From the NCBI GenBank assembly GCA_964408485.1, contig CAYOZJ010000001.1, forward strand, positions 28,366 through 92,365: DNA of 64,000 nt, in the 5' to 3' direction. The notes below the pieces were generated by a model, which was given only the letters and a program-made list of their open reading frames with translations, was not told the DNA's origin and did not search any database. Made by a program: the position numbers and the translations under genes. Below, piece after piece: positions 16,190 to 25,508 of the stretch (position 1 is its first letter; each line of letters begins with the position of its first letter). This DNA comes from an uncultured Gammaproteobacteria bacterium. Its GTDB lineage: Bacteria; Patescibacteriota; Microgenomatia; Levybacterales; UBA12049.

Positions 16190-18283
16190 ATGAAACTCTC
16201 AACCCCGATTACTAATGCAGGTAAACTGTATGCAAATTACGCAGGCCGCTTGGAAAAACTCGACATTTTTACCTTAAAGGATTTTTTGTATCACTTGCCA
16301 GCTCGCTATGACGACTTCTCTCATATTGTTGCAATTAAAGATTTGGTCGCTGGCGAGTTAGTAACAATACAGGGACAAATTACCGAAATAACAAATAGCT
16401 ATACACGGTCTCGTAAGCAAATTCAAAAAGCAACAATCACCGACGACAGCGGGACACTGCCTGTTATTTGGTTTAATCAACCATACATCACCAAGACGTT
16501 AAAGTTTGGTGATAGCGTGTCTTTATCAGGGAGAGTGCAATCGGATGGATTTATTCCAAGTCTTGTTGCACCTGATTTTGAAATTATTCCAATGAGCGGT
16601 AGGACAATTCATACTGGCAGGCTTGTCCCAGTGTATCCTGAGACAGCAGGGGTCAGCTCCAAATGGCTAAGACGCCAAGTAGATAAGTTACTTGCAACCT
16701 CTTATGAACTTGTTGAATTTCTACCAGATGAAACGCAAAAACGCCTTGACCTCATGCCATTTAATAAGGCCATTGCTCAGATTCATTTTCCCGATGCTCT
16801 AGGAGAATCAGAAAAAGCCCGCGAGCGCTTAGGATTTGATGAAATCTTTTTACTTCAATTAGCAAATATAAAAAGAAAAAGGGAGTGGCAAGAAAAAGTA
16901 TTAGGAAATACATTTGCGATAGAAAAATTCCAAAAGGAAATTGATAAATTTTGGGAAAGCCTACCATTTGAGCCAACAAGCGCGCAAAGACGAGCAATTC
17001 ATGAGATTATGAGTGACCTTGCTAGCCCTCATGCAATGAATAGATTACTCCAGGGAGATGTAGGAAGTGGCAAAACAATCGTCGCTGGTATTGCAATGTA
17101 TATGGCATTTTTAAATGGTTTTCAATCTGTCCTTATGGCACCAACAGAAATTTTAGCCAATCAACATTACGAAACACTAAAAAAATTACTCGAGCCGCTT
17201 GGAGTAAAGGTTGACTTAGCAACTGGTTCTAAAAAAACAGAACGCGTCATTGCGAGCGAAGCGAAGCAATCTAATATTAATAAGGAGAAGATTGCCGCGT
17301 CGTCTTCGACTCCTCGCAATGACAATTCATTTGACATCCTTATTGGTACCCATGCCGTACTTTCTGACAAGATAAATTACGAAAAATTAGGACTTGTTGT
17401 TATTGATGAGCAACATAGGTTTGGAGTAGAGCAACGATCTATTATTCGCTCCAAAGGCACAAATCCCCATGTCCTTACCATGACAGCAACACCAATCCCT
17501 CGTACCGTTGCGCTTACACTTTATGGGGATCTTGAGCTTTCTATTCTTGATGAAATGCCCAAAGGAAGACAAGTTATTAAGACATGGCTTGTCCCTAATC
17601 AAAAGCGTGAAGCAGGATATGAGTGGATAGAAAAACAAATTAAGAAAGGCGATCAGGCATTTATTGTCTGTCCGTTTATTGAAGAGTCTGAATCCCTAAC
17701 TACTATTAAAGCAGCGAGTAGTGAATTTGAACAACTTCAAAAACATGTTTTCCCAAAGCTCAAACTCGGACTTTTGCACGGAAAAATGCGAGCAAAAGAG
17801 AAAGATGAAGTTTTGGAGAAGTTTCGAAAGGGCAGTATAGATATTCTCGTCGCGACACCAGTTGTTGAAGTTGGCATAGACATTCCAAATGCAACAATTA
17901 TCCTTATTGAGGCAGCAGAAAGATTTGGACTATCACAGCTTCATCAACTCAGAGGTAGAGTTGGGAGAGGAGATAAGCAGTCATATTGCCTTCTTTTTAC
18001 CGAGAGTAGCAGCCCTCAAGCAACCCAACGTCTTAAAAGTATGGAACACATTCATAATGGCGCGGAATTAGCAGAGTTAGACTTAAAAATGCGAGGCTCT
18101 GGGGACTTATACGGCACTCTTCAACACGGCAGAAAATGGCTTAAAATAGCCTCATTTTCCGATACCAGACTTTTGGAAATAGCCAAACAAGAGGCAATAC
18201 GAGTTTTTCCAGATCTAAATAAATATCCACTTCTTATTGAGAAAATTGAAGAAACGGCCACAAAACAGGTTAGTCCAGACTGA
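16190..18283 (+). CDS. recG: ATP-dependent DNA helicase RecG
   Basis: Wedge domain, Walker A GDVGSGKT, DEQH box, helicase C motifs. Carries a 78-nt in-frame repeat insertion at 17246-17323. TATAAT lies 8 nt upstream of the ATG. Confidence 0.95.
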   Translation: MKLSTPITNAGKLYANYAGRLEKLDIFTLKDFLYHLPARYDDFSHIVAIKDLVAGELVTIQGQITEITNSYTRSRKQIQKATITDDSGTLPVIWFNQPYITKTLKFGDSVSLSGRVQSDGFIPSLVAPDFEIIPMSGRTIHTGRLVPVYPETAGVSSKWLRRQVDKLLATSYELVEFLPDETQKRLDLMPFNKAIAQIHFPDALGESEKARERLGFDEIFLLQLANIKRKREWQEKVLGNTFAIEKFQKEIDKFWESLPFEPTSAQRRAIHEIMSDLASPHAMNRLLQGDVGSGKTIVAGIAMYMAFLNGFQSVLMAPTEILANQHYETLKKLLEPLGVKVDLATGSKKTERVIASEAKQSNINKEKIAASSSTPRNDNSFDILIGTHAVLSDKINYEKLGLVVIDEQHRFGVEQRSIIRSKGTNPHVLTMTATPIPRTVALTLYGDLELSILDEMPKGRQVIKTWLVPNQKREAGYEWIEKQIKKGDQAFIVCPFIEESESLTTIKAASSEFEQLQKHVFPKLKLGLLHGKMRAKEKDEVLEKFRKGSIDILVATPVVEVGIDIPNATIILIEAAERFGLSQLHQLRGRVGRGDKQSYCLLFTESSSPQATQRLKSMEHIHNGAELAELDLKMRGSGDLYGTLQHGRKWLKIASFSDTRLLEIAKQEAIRVFPDLNKYPLLIEKIEETATKQVSPD
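17246..17323. repeat. composite hairpin repeat inserted in-frame within recG (78 nt, 26 codons)
   Basis: GTCATTGCGAGCGAAGCGAAGCAATC, a spacer, then GATTGCCGCGTCGTCTTCGACTCCTCGCAATGAC. It encodes ...ASEAKQSNINKEKIAASSSTPRNDNS.... A near-identical second half is in the HhH-GPD gene at 38596-38703. Confidence 0.75.
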
Positions 18284-18325
18284 AGTCTTGCGCAGAGGCT
18301 CAGAATCAGGTAAAATAGACTCACT

Positions 18326-18535
18326 ATGCCACACGAGCCAAAACGACGACATTCAACAGGCAGAAAAGGGAAGAGACGAGCATCAATAAAGCTTGCAGTT
18401 TCTAGTCTTGTTGCATGCGCGAATTGTGGAAAAATGACCTATCCTCACAAAGTCTGTAAATTCTGTGGCTACTACAAAGGCCAGGAAATCGTTAAAATGG
18501 TATCTAAAGCAAAAGTGACAAAAACAACCAGTTAA
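18326..18535 (+). CDS. rpmF: 50S ribosomal protein L32
   Basis: PKRRHSTGRKGKRR...ACANCGKMTYPHKVCKFCGYYKG matches the L32 zinc-ribbon pattern (CxxC...CxxC). Confidence 0.8.
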   Translation: MPHEPKRRHSTGRKGKRRASIKLAVSSLVACANCGKMTYPHKVCKFCGYYKGQEIVKMVSKAKVTKTTS

Positions 18536-18544
18536 AACATTTTT

Positions 18545-18569
18545 GTCATACTGAGTAAAACGAAGGATC
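18545..18569. repeat. hairpin repeat unit GTCATACTGAGTAAAACGAAGGATC
   Basis: Family A unit in the rpmF-nusB spacer. Confidence 0.6.
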
Positions 18570-18586
18570 TTATATCATCATATTGA

Positions 18587-18931
18587 ATGAAAAATCCCCT
18601 TGACCCAAGACATACAAATAGACAAAAATTAGTTGAACAACTCTTTAAGGCAGACTTCCACAAACAACCAATTACCAATAAAGCAAAGCAAATCCTAGAA
18701 AAAAAGGAAGCATTGGATGAGTATATCCGAAAAGCAGCACCTGAATTTCCTATAGAAAAGATTAATAAAGTGGATTTGGCAATTTTGCGCTTAGCAGTGT
18801 ACGAGCTTTTTATTGAGAAAAGTACGCCTCCAAAAGTTGTGGTTGATGAGGCAATCGAGCTTGCGAAAGAATACGGAGGCGAGCATAGCAGTGGCTTTAT
18901 TAACGGAGCCCTTGGCAAACTGATACAATAA
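18587..18931 (+). CDS. nusB: transcription antitermination factor NusB
   Basis: VDLAILRLAVYEL...PKVVVDEAIELAKEYGGEHSSGFINGALGK matches the conserved NusB core. Confidence 0.8.
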   Translation: MKNPLDPRHTNRQKLVEQLFKADFHKQPITNKAKQILEKKEALDEYIRKAAPEFPIEKINKVDLAILRLAVYELFIEKSTPPKVVVDEAIELAKEYGGEHSSGFINGALGKLIQ

Positions 18932-18940
18932 ATTAATACA

Positions 18941-19603
18941 ATGACTTTACCAGAATTTAACAATAAAAATCTTTTTGACCAGGCTTTTACTCATCGGTCA
19001 TACTTAAATGAGGCAAAAGAGAAAGTAGAATCCAACGAACGATTGGAATTTTTGGGGGACAGTATCTTGTCGTTTGTTGTTTCACGCGAACTTTTTGTTA
19101 GGTATCCAGAGTACGATGAAGGAATTCTTACTAATATTCGCTCTCTTCTTGTAAATACACGAATTCTGGCGGAAGTTGCCCATTCTCTTGGATTTGGACA
19201 ATTTCTTCTTCTCTCTAAAGGCGAGATTGAGGCAAAGGGAAGGGAAAATCAGAGCCTTCTTGCAGATAGCTTCGAGTCATATATTGGCGCACTTTTTCTT
19301 GACCAAGGACTGGAAGTTGTGTCTAAATTTGTGCTAGACAATCTTCTGCCCAAAATGAAAACAGTTGTTGAAAGTAAGCAGTTTAAAGATCCAAAAAGCC
19401 TCTTTCAAGAACAAACTCAATCTCTTCATCATGCTTCACCTGTCTATAAAGTTACCGGAGAAGCAGGACCTTCTCATGCAAAGATATTTACTGTTGGGGT
19501 ATTTGTGAAAGACATTCTAAAGGGTGAAGGAAAGGGAAAATCCAAGCAAATTGCCGAGGAAATGGCTGCAAAGCAGGCTCTTGAGAAGAAAGCTGAAAAA
19601 TGA
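18941..19603 (+). CDS. rnc: ribonuclease III
   Basis: ERLEFLGDSIL RNase III signature plus a C-terminal dsRBD. Confidence 0.95.
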   Translation: MTLPEFNNKNLFDQAFTHRSYLNEAKEKVESNERLEFLGDSILSFVVSRELFVRYPEYDEGILTNIRSLLVNTRILAEVAHSLGFGQFLLLSKGEIEAKGRENQSLLADSFESYIGALFLDQGLEVVSKFVLDNLLPKMKTVVESKQFKDPKSLFQEQTQSLHHASPVYKVTGEAGPSHAKIFTVGVFVKDILKGEGKGKSKQIAEEMAAKQALEKKAEK

Positions 19604-19614
19604 TAAAATAACAC

Positions 19615-19841
19615 GTATGTTAGTAATTAGACTCACCAAAACAGGTCACAAAGGCGAAGCAAAATATAGACTCGTTGTTACAGAGAGACGTTATCGACGA
19701 GATGGCAAACCAGCAGAGCAGCTTGGTTGGGTTGTCAAAACATCAAAGGGTATCCAAAAAGAGCTCAAAATGGATAGAGTACAATACTGGATATCTCAAG
19801 GCGCACGACCATCCGCAACAGTTAAAAAATTGATTGCGTAA
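19615..19841 (+). CDS. rpsP: 30S ribosomal protein S16
   Basis: MLVIRLTKTGHKGEAKYRLVV...DRVQYWISQGARPSATV. Start at the internal Met; the ORF-track 5' extension overlaps rnc. Confidence 0.9.
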
Positions 19842-19865
19842 ATTATAATTACAAAATTTATGCAA

Positions 19866-19889
19866 TCATCCTGAGCAGTGCGAAGGATC
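19866..19889. repeat. hairpin repeat unit ATCATCCTGAGCAGTGCGAAGGATC
   Basis: Family A unit in the rpsP-KH spacer. Confidence 0.6.
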
Positions 19890-19903
19890 TCATACCTAGA
19901 AAT

Positions 19904-20140
19904 ATGAAAGATATTTTAGAATACATCGTTAAAAATCTTGTAGAAGATCCAACTAGTGTTACTGTTACCGAAGAAGAGCTTGACGGTGTTGTAACACTTA
20001 CCATTACTCCAAGCAAAGAAGACATGGGAAAGCTTATTGGAAAAGGTGGCAAGATAATCCGCGCAATTCGAAATCTTATGAAAATCCCAGCAATGAAGCA
20101 AAACAAAAAAGTTAACGTCCAACTTGCTGAAAACCTCTAA
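19904..20140 (+). CDS. KH-domain RNA-binding protein (YlqC/UPF0109-like)
   Basis: GKLIGKGGKIIRAIRNL KH GXXG motif, in the conserved rpsP-KH-trmD gene neighbourhood. Confidence 0.75.
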   Translation: MKDILEYIVKNLVEDPTSVTVTEEELDGVVTLTITPSKEDMGKLIGKGGKIIRAIRNLMKIPAMKQNKKVNVQLAENL

Positions 20141-20170
20141 AGCATATTTCAAACCTGCTACAATTACCCT

Positions 20171-20968
20171 ATGAAGGTTACTATTCTCACTCTTTTTCCC
20201 GAAATGTTTGATGGACCATTTCGAGAATCTATTCTCAAACATGCCCAGCAAAAGGGATTATTGGAAATTACGTTAGTAAATATCCGAGATTTTGGAGAAG
20301 GACGACATAAAATCGTTGACGACAAACCCTATGGGGGTGGAGTTGGAATGGTAATGAAAGTTGATATTTTAGATAAAGCGATTCAAGCAGTAAAGGATAA
20401 CTCATTAGATACAACCCAACAAAAGGTAATTCTTCTCGATGCCAGAGGAAAAACATTTGTTCAGGAAAAAGCAAAAGAATTTTCAGGACTAAAACATCTT
20501 ATTATTCTTTGTGGACACTATGAGGGTGTGGACGAAAGAATAAGAGATCTTGTCGATGAAACAATTTCCCTTGGGGACTTTATTCTGACAGGGGGAGAAA
20601 TTCCTGCAATGATTATTGTAGATAGCGTTACTAGACTTATCCCTAGTGTGTTAAAAGACGATGCAACCCTTAAGGAATCGTTCAGCATAATCCATAGCAC
20701 TGCATCCCAACCTCACCCTGACCCGGCCAGGCTTGTCAAGCAAGCAGCCTCTCTCACTTCGTTCAGTCCGGCCCTAAAAGGAGAGGGAAATCAAGGAGAT
20801 GTTTCTTTATTAGAATTTCCTCAATATACTACACCAAGAGAATACAATGGAAAAGAAGTTCCTAATGTCTTACTGTCTGGCAATCATAAAGAAATAGAAA
20901 AATGGAGAAAAGAAAAGTCTCTTGAAATAACTCAACAACACAGACCTGATCTTCTTAAAAAGAATTAA
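20171..20968 (+). CDS. trmD: tRNA (guanine37-N1)-methyltransferase
   Basis: MKVTILTLFPEMF...YGGGVGMV SPOUT-fold motifs. Carries an in-frame insertion of about 120 nt (20690-20808) and a C-terminal extension. TACAAT lies 7 nt upstream of the ATG. Confidence 0.95.
   Translation: MKVTILTLFPEMFDGPFRESILKHAQQKGLLEITLVNIRDFGEGRHKIVDDKPYGGGVGMVMKVDILDKAIQAVKDNSLDTTQQKVILLDARGKTFVQEKAKEFSGLKHLIILCGHYEGVDERIRDLVDETISLGDFILTGGEIPAMIIVDSVTRLIPSVLKDDATLKESFSIIHSTASQPHPDPARLVKQAASLTSFSPALKGEGNQGDVSLLEFPQYTTPREYNGKEVPNVLLSGNHKEIEKWRKEKSLEITQQHRPDLLKKN
20690..20808. repeat. repeat-derived in-frame insertion in trmD (about 40 codons)
   Basis: Contains AACCTCACCC ... CCCTAAAAGGAGAGGGAAATCAAGG (family D) interrupted by CCGGCCAGG...CTCTCTCACTTCGTTCAGTCCGG (reverse family-A core ctgaacgaag). 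Encodes IIHSTASQPHPDPARLVKQAASLTSFSPALKGEGNQGDVS between the conserved DSF and LLE.P.YT segments. Confidence 0.6.
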
Positions 20969-20988
20969 CCACAAAAATATTGGAGTTA

Positions 20989-21828
20989 TTACTGCGCGCT
21001 CCCACTTGCAGAACTTGTTGGTGCGACAGTTACGCTTGGTGTTGGCGAAAGACTAACTATTGGACTTGGCGACACAGTTACTGTTGGCCCCGATTTAATC
21101 GGGGTTGGTGTCACTGATGGAATAATAGTTGCCGAAGAACTTGAAATAGTAGCATTTTGCAAATCATTACCACTTGCAAGAGTAGTCAAAAGCGTCTGAT
21201 CCGCTTGCCCTAGGATAGGAAGGGGATTACCGTCTTGAAAGACAATTTTTGGAATTGCTGCATAATAAAAGACAACCGTTACTGTTATTGACTCATTAGC
21301 ATTTACCGCAATTGCAATAGAATCAGACAAGGGAAGCTGTTTTTTTAATTGTGCAGCAAAACGTTGAGCAGAAAGTAAGTCCCCCTTAAGCGTTACATTT
21401 AATTGTACCGGCAACTGTGCTGTGGCTTTTCCTTTTTGATCTAACCCTGTCAAATCTCCCAATGAAAATGAATAATCTCCAAGAAGTGACCCGGATACGG
21501 CAGCGGCATTTTGGAGTGAATTCACAATGCCCGCAAAATCCTTTTCTGCAGGGAGCGCAGAGGTCGCTGTTGTTAATAGTTGATTTAACTTAACATCGTC
21601 AAGAGAGGTGAGGAGAGACAAGTTTTGACGCATAACTGAGACCTTTTGCGTATCAACGGCCAATGCATCTTTCTGCGCAAAGAAAGATTCCATTTGGGCA
21701 AGTACGACAAACCAAAAAAGTAACACGCAGACAAAAATTGTTGCAACAGGTATTATGAATGCACGATACCGATAATACAAACTTTTAAAAACTAATTGAT
21801 CAATAGTTACTCGTTGATTTGTGTTCAT
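20989..21828 (-). CDS. pilO: type IV pilus assembly protein PilO-like
   Basis: Single N-terminal TM segment, coiled coil, periplasmic domain. Position after pilM-pilN. Pro/Thr/Ser-rich C-terminal tail. Confidence 0.6.
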   Translation of the reverse strand: MNTNQRVTIDQLVFKSLYYRYRAFIIPVATIFVCVLLFWFVVLAQMESFFAQKDALAVDTQKVSVMRQNLSLLTSLDDVKLNQLLTTATSALPAEKDFAGIVNSLQNAAAVSGSLLGDYSFSLGDLTGLDQKGKATAQLPVQLNVTLKGDLLSAQRFAAQLKKQLPLSDSIAIAVNANESITVTVVFYYAAIPKIVFQDGNPLPILGQADQTLLTTLASGNDLQNATISSSSATIIPSVTPTPIKSGPTVTVSPSPIVSLSPTPSVTVAPTSSASGSAQ

Positions 21829-22358
21829 AATAAATCCCCACTTATTGTCAGGACATACTTCCCTCCCTTTTCATCGGAAACTAATCCCTCCACGGTGACA
21901 TTTTTTAAAACCTTTTTTGACGAAATGAGTGTAATAAAATTATCCACTGTCTTACCTAAAAGGGAAACATCTGAAGCAGAGACAGCAATAGATACTGTCT
22001 TTTGATCAAGAACAAAATTGGTAATACTTACGCCATCGGGAATTTGCTTTACAAAGGTTGCTATTGATTGGTCAAAATTACTTTTAGTTTTTTGAAGTAT
22101 TTTTATTTTGTTAATCCTATCAACAATAATAAGATACTTTGCTGTTTTACTCTGCAAAAGCGTTAGCTGTGCAATAATTCGCGACTCTTCATTCTTAACT
22201 GCAATAATGCTTGGGTCACGGCTTAGAAGAAAAAAAAGAATAGAAAGGGATAAAACCAATACAACAGAAACAACTGCTCCTATTTTTGAAAAAAGAAGAA
22301 GCCGTTCTTCAGAAAAGAATCCAATGTTTTTTTGTGGCAGTAGGTTAATATCACTCAT
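21825..22358 (-). CDS. pilN: type IV pilus assembly protein PilN
   Basis: N-terminal INLLP motif, single TM segment, fimbrial-assembly domain. Confidence 0.7.
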   Translation of the reverse strand: MSDINLLPQKNIGFFSEERLLLFSKIGAVVSVVLVLSLSILFFLLSRDPSIIAVKNEESRIIAQLTLLQSKTAKYLIIVDRINKIKILQKTKSNFDQSIATFVKQIPDGVSITNFVLDQKTVSIAVSASDVSLLGKTVDNFITLISSKKVLKNVTVEGLVSDEKGGKYVLTISGDLL

Positions 22359-22360
22359 GG

Positions 22361-23389
22361 TCAGTCGCGCATTGCAAGCCCAGCAGCAATTGCATACTCC
22401 GGAGCATTATCAATAATATCTTTTGGCACCTCCTGCGGGACAAGAAGCTTCCATGGATTGATTATTGCTGTCTCAACATTCGTATTTGCTGTAAAATAGG
22501 TTGCAAGACCAGGAAGCTTAGCCGATCCTCCAGCTAAAATAATTTGTTTAATTGGATCATCAGCATATTTTGTATTATAAAAAGCCAATGCCTTTCTGAC
22601 TTCAGTGAGAATACTGGAAAGAATTGGCTCGGTTACTTTACCAATTTTTCCACCTAATGCGCTATCTGCAAGCCCATATGCTTTCTTGTACTCCTCAGCT
22701 TGCTGCATAGCAAAACCTAAATCCGCTGCTATTGCCCGAGAAATTGCCACCCCTCCTGTTGCAAGAGAAAAGGTAAAGACCAAAACACCATTCTTAATAA
22801 TTGCCAACGATGTACTCATTGCGCCAATATTGACAATAAGTGTTGCAGGAAAATGGTCATCGGTAATAACAGCACGTGTTAGGGAAATAATCTCTGTCTC
22901 CACAGCATTAAGGGTAAGTCCTGCGATACCCAAAATTTTTTCATATCTTTCAATAAGTCCTGTTGGTGCACCAACAAGCAAAACCTGCATAAGTGCGCCT
23001 GCTTCTTTTGTTGTCGGGCGAGAAAGCACTTTATAATCAAGGGTTATGGTTGTTAACGGAACAGGAATATATTGCTCTGCCTCCCAATAAATAGCTGATG
23101 CCAACTCTTTATCAGAAAGTGTTGGTATTTCTATAACTTTTGTATAAACCTGATTTTCAGGAAGAGCGACAGTAACATACCTTGTAGAGATTTTTGCTTC
23201 ACTGACTAAGGTCCGTATTGCTTTTGCCATTTCCTCTTGATCAAGAGGGGATTCTGACATAATTCCCCTTTGAGGAGCGGGCATAACAAGCGCAGACGAC
23301 AAGAAAAAACCATTGGTGTCTTTTGCAAGCCAAACTGCTTTTATTGCATGCGTACCGATATCAAGACCGAATGCTTTTTGTTTTGTCAT
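22361..23389 (-). CDS. pilM: type IV pilus assembly ATPase-like protein PilM
   Basis: Actin-like fold (FGLDIGTHAIKAV...). 4-nt overlaps with neighbours indicate an operon. Confidence 0.85.
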   Translation of the reverse strand: MTKQKAFGLDIGTHAIKAVWLAKDTNGFFLSSALVMPAPQRGIMSESPLDQEEMAKAIRTLVSEAKISTRYVTVALPENQVYTKVIEIPTLSDKELASAIYWEAEQYIPVPLTTITLDYKVLSRPTTKEAGALMQVLLVGAPTGLIERYEKILGIAGLTLNAVETEIISLTRAVITDDHFPATLIVNIGAMSTSLAIIKNGVLVFTFSLATGGVAISRAIAADLGFAMQQAEEYKKAYGLADSALGGKIGKVTEPILSSILTEVRKALAFYNTKYADDPIKQIILAGGSAKLPGLATYFTANTNVETAIINPWKLLVPQEVPKDIIDNAPEYAIAAGLAMRD

Positions 23390-24258
23390 TTTGGTGAAAA
23401 AATTGAAAAGAAAAATTCTGAAGGCACACTATCGTATCCCTGAAAGAAGCTTATTTTTCTAACAGTTTGCGTATCGCTTCCTCCTGCCGTACCAGTCGAG
23501 GTAATAATTTTTCCTTGAATAGGTAACCCTGCACCTTTTATGCCAATTGTCCCTGCTTTGTATAAAGGAATTACTCGCGCAAGAAGACCGCTTGTCACAT
23601 CTATTTGCATACGGTAGTTAAATGTCGCACTTCCATTTATTCCATCAACAACAAATGCTCCTGCTGCAGAGGTAGGACACGATCCTCCAGCCCCAACAGC
23701 ACAGAATGAATTAACAGAGCGTCTTGTTGCACACTGGTCAAATGCATACTTTTTAAGCGTTGGGCTAAGCCGTGTACCAGAAATGACTAATACTTCCATT
23801 GCAGGATCACTACATCCATCGGTATTTGTTCCCCAATGAACAGTAAGTGTTCCATTCCAGGCTGTTTGGAAAAGCTGAGAAGGGGTATCTGTGTGAGGGG
23901 AAAGCCATACATCGGTCCCATCATCTTGAAATACAGGATTTCCATTATTAAGGAGAAATTGACTTCCATCGATAAGAGAAATGTCCACATTGCTAATTTG
24001 TGAATTATTTTTATCATGAAGTGATACATCAGAGAGAATAGCCGCACCATTCGTGTCGCCTAATTTTACAGCCTGTTCAACACCAGCTTCTGCTGCAGAA
24101 AATGCAGCCTGCGATGCAGCTTCATCTGTTGAATTACGAAGATTGGTAATACTCCGGGAAGCAAGAGACAATCCAACGGTTAAAACAATCACCATAACAA
24201 GTACGACAATAAGAAGTGCTTGGCCCTTTTCTGATAATCTCTGGGCTTTCTTATCCAT
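23386..24258 (-). CDS. PilX-N-domain minor pilin-like protein
   Basis: N-terminus KGQALLIVVLVMVIVLTVGLSLASRS resembles the PilX N-domain family rather than a class III signal. Confidence 0.5.
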   Translation of the reverse strand: MDKKAQRLSEKGQALLIVVLVMVIVLTVGLSLASRSITNLRNSTDEAASQAAFSAAEAGVEQAVKLGDTNGAAILSDVSLHDKNNSQISNVDISLIDGSQFLLNNGNPVFQDDGTDVWLSPHTDTPSQLFQTAWNGTLTVHWGTNTDGCSDPAMEVLVISGTRLSPTLKKYAFDQCATRRSVNSFCAVGAGGSCPTSAAGAFVVDGINGSATFNYRMQIDVTSGLLARVIPLYKAGTIGIKGAGLPIQGKIITSTGTAGGSDTQTVRKISFFQGYDSVPSEFFFSIFSPK

Positions 24259-24369
24259 ATACTCATGATATATATCTGAAATTGAGGTGTCAACAAAGTG
24301 AATGTAGTACGTATTAGGTAGTATGTTTTACGCAATAAGATACTTTATTTATACAAAACTTTATACATA

Positions 24370-24963
24370 CTACCTATTTATATTTCGTATACCAATTGAT
24401 GTCTGGAAAACAACAGCGCTTTGAGAAGCAAGTTGCTCTGCAAACGTACTGCTTGATGATTGTTGCAGCGAAAAGTTTATTAAAATAACTGGTAAGTCAG
24501 AATTGCTTTCTTGAGAACAAGTGAATGAACATGATTTCAATGAAACCTGTGATGTATCCAGCAGACTTGCACCATTTGATGATATTGTTGAACTTGTACA
24601 CGCGTAGGTTATTTGCTGATTATCAGGCGTAAGAAGAGAAATAGAATTTGCCGTTACCGGTGGACTGCAGGGAAAAGGAGTCACCAAACCTCTCGCATCC
24701 CGAATAGTTTTAGCCATTTGTGAAAGAGTATAATTTCCATTATTTTGCACAAGTGTAACAATATCTGTTTTATGGGATGTTCTAAATGTTGTTACGAGAA
24801 TACTAAATACGATCGATCCAACGACAATAAAAATTGCAATAACGGCAAGCATTTCAACAAGAGTAAACCCACGCGAAGAGCATAGGGCGAAGGGTCTAGG
24901 GCACAGAATGTCCTTATTCTTTTTAACTCTATGCTCTGTGCTATATGCTCTATGCTTTTTCAT
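24370..24963 (-). CDS. prepilin-type N-terminal cleavage/methylation domain protein (pseudopilin)
   Basis: RGFTLVEMLAVIAIFIVVG class III signal motif. Confidence 0.7.
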   Translation of the reverse strand: MKKHRAYSTEHRVKKNKDILCPRPFALCSSRGFTLVEMLAVIAIFIVVGSIVFSILVTTFRTSHKTDIVTLVQNNGNYTLSQMAKTIRDARGLVTPFPCSPPVTANSISLLTPDNQQITYACTSSTISSNGASLLDTSQVSLKSCSFTCSQESNSDLPVILINFSLQQSSSSTFAEQLASQSAVVFQTSIGIRNINR

Positions 24964-25508
24964 GGCGTTGGAAAAACAGTGAAATCAGAAAAACATGTAG
25001 ACAGTGTTACAGAGTGACAAAAAGGATTTAATGTGTCTTGGCATTTTGGATCATACCATGATGTCCTAACAGTTATCTTAACGTTTGCTGATAGCGCATT
25101 TACTTGACCATTTGGCGTAGGACTTACATTACAATCAGCAGAATCATGCTCGACAACAACTTCCCGTACAAATTTATCAACATTTTGACCACAACTTGTG
25201 GTTTTCACCCAACATTGTGCGTTATTACTATCAAGATCAGAGCAGGCTTTTGCCAAACAATATGTATCGTCTGGTAATAATTCTGCCGAGATTGATGCAA
25301 TATTTTCATTGCGCATATCACGAATCAGCTCAATTCCAGCTTGTGTATATTGTGTTGCAATATTTTGGTCTCTCGCAAAGTCACTATTATTTAACGCACT
25401 AAGTGATGCGCTAACAATTGCCCCAATAATAACAACTGCTGCCGTGAGCGCCACTAACACTTCAATAAGTGTCTGTCCTTTCTCATTTGAAATTTTAAAT
25501 TTCATCAC
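24960..25508 (-). CDS. prepilin-type pseudopilin
   Basis: KGQTLIEVLVALTAAVVIIG N-terminal motif. Start overlaps the upstream gene by 4 nt. Confidence 0.65.
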   Translation of the reverse strand: MMKFKISNEKGQTLIEVLVALTAAVVIIGAIVSASLSALNNSDFARDQNIATQYTQAGIELIRDMRNENIASISAELLPDDTYCLAKACSDLDSNNAQCWVKTTSCGQNVDKFVREVVVEHDSADCNVSPTPNGQVNALSANVKITVRTSWYDPKCQDTLNPFCHSVTLSTCFSDFTVFPTP

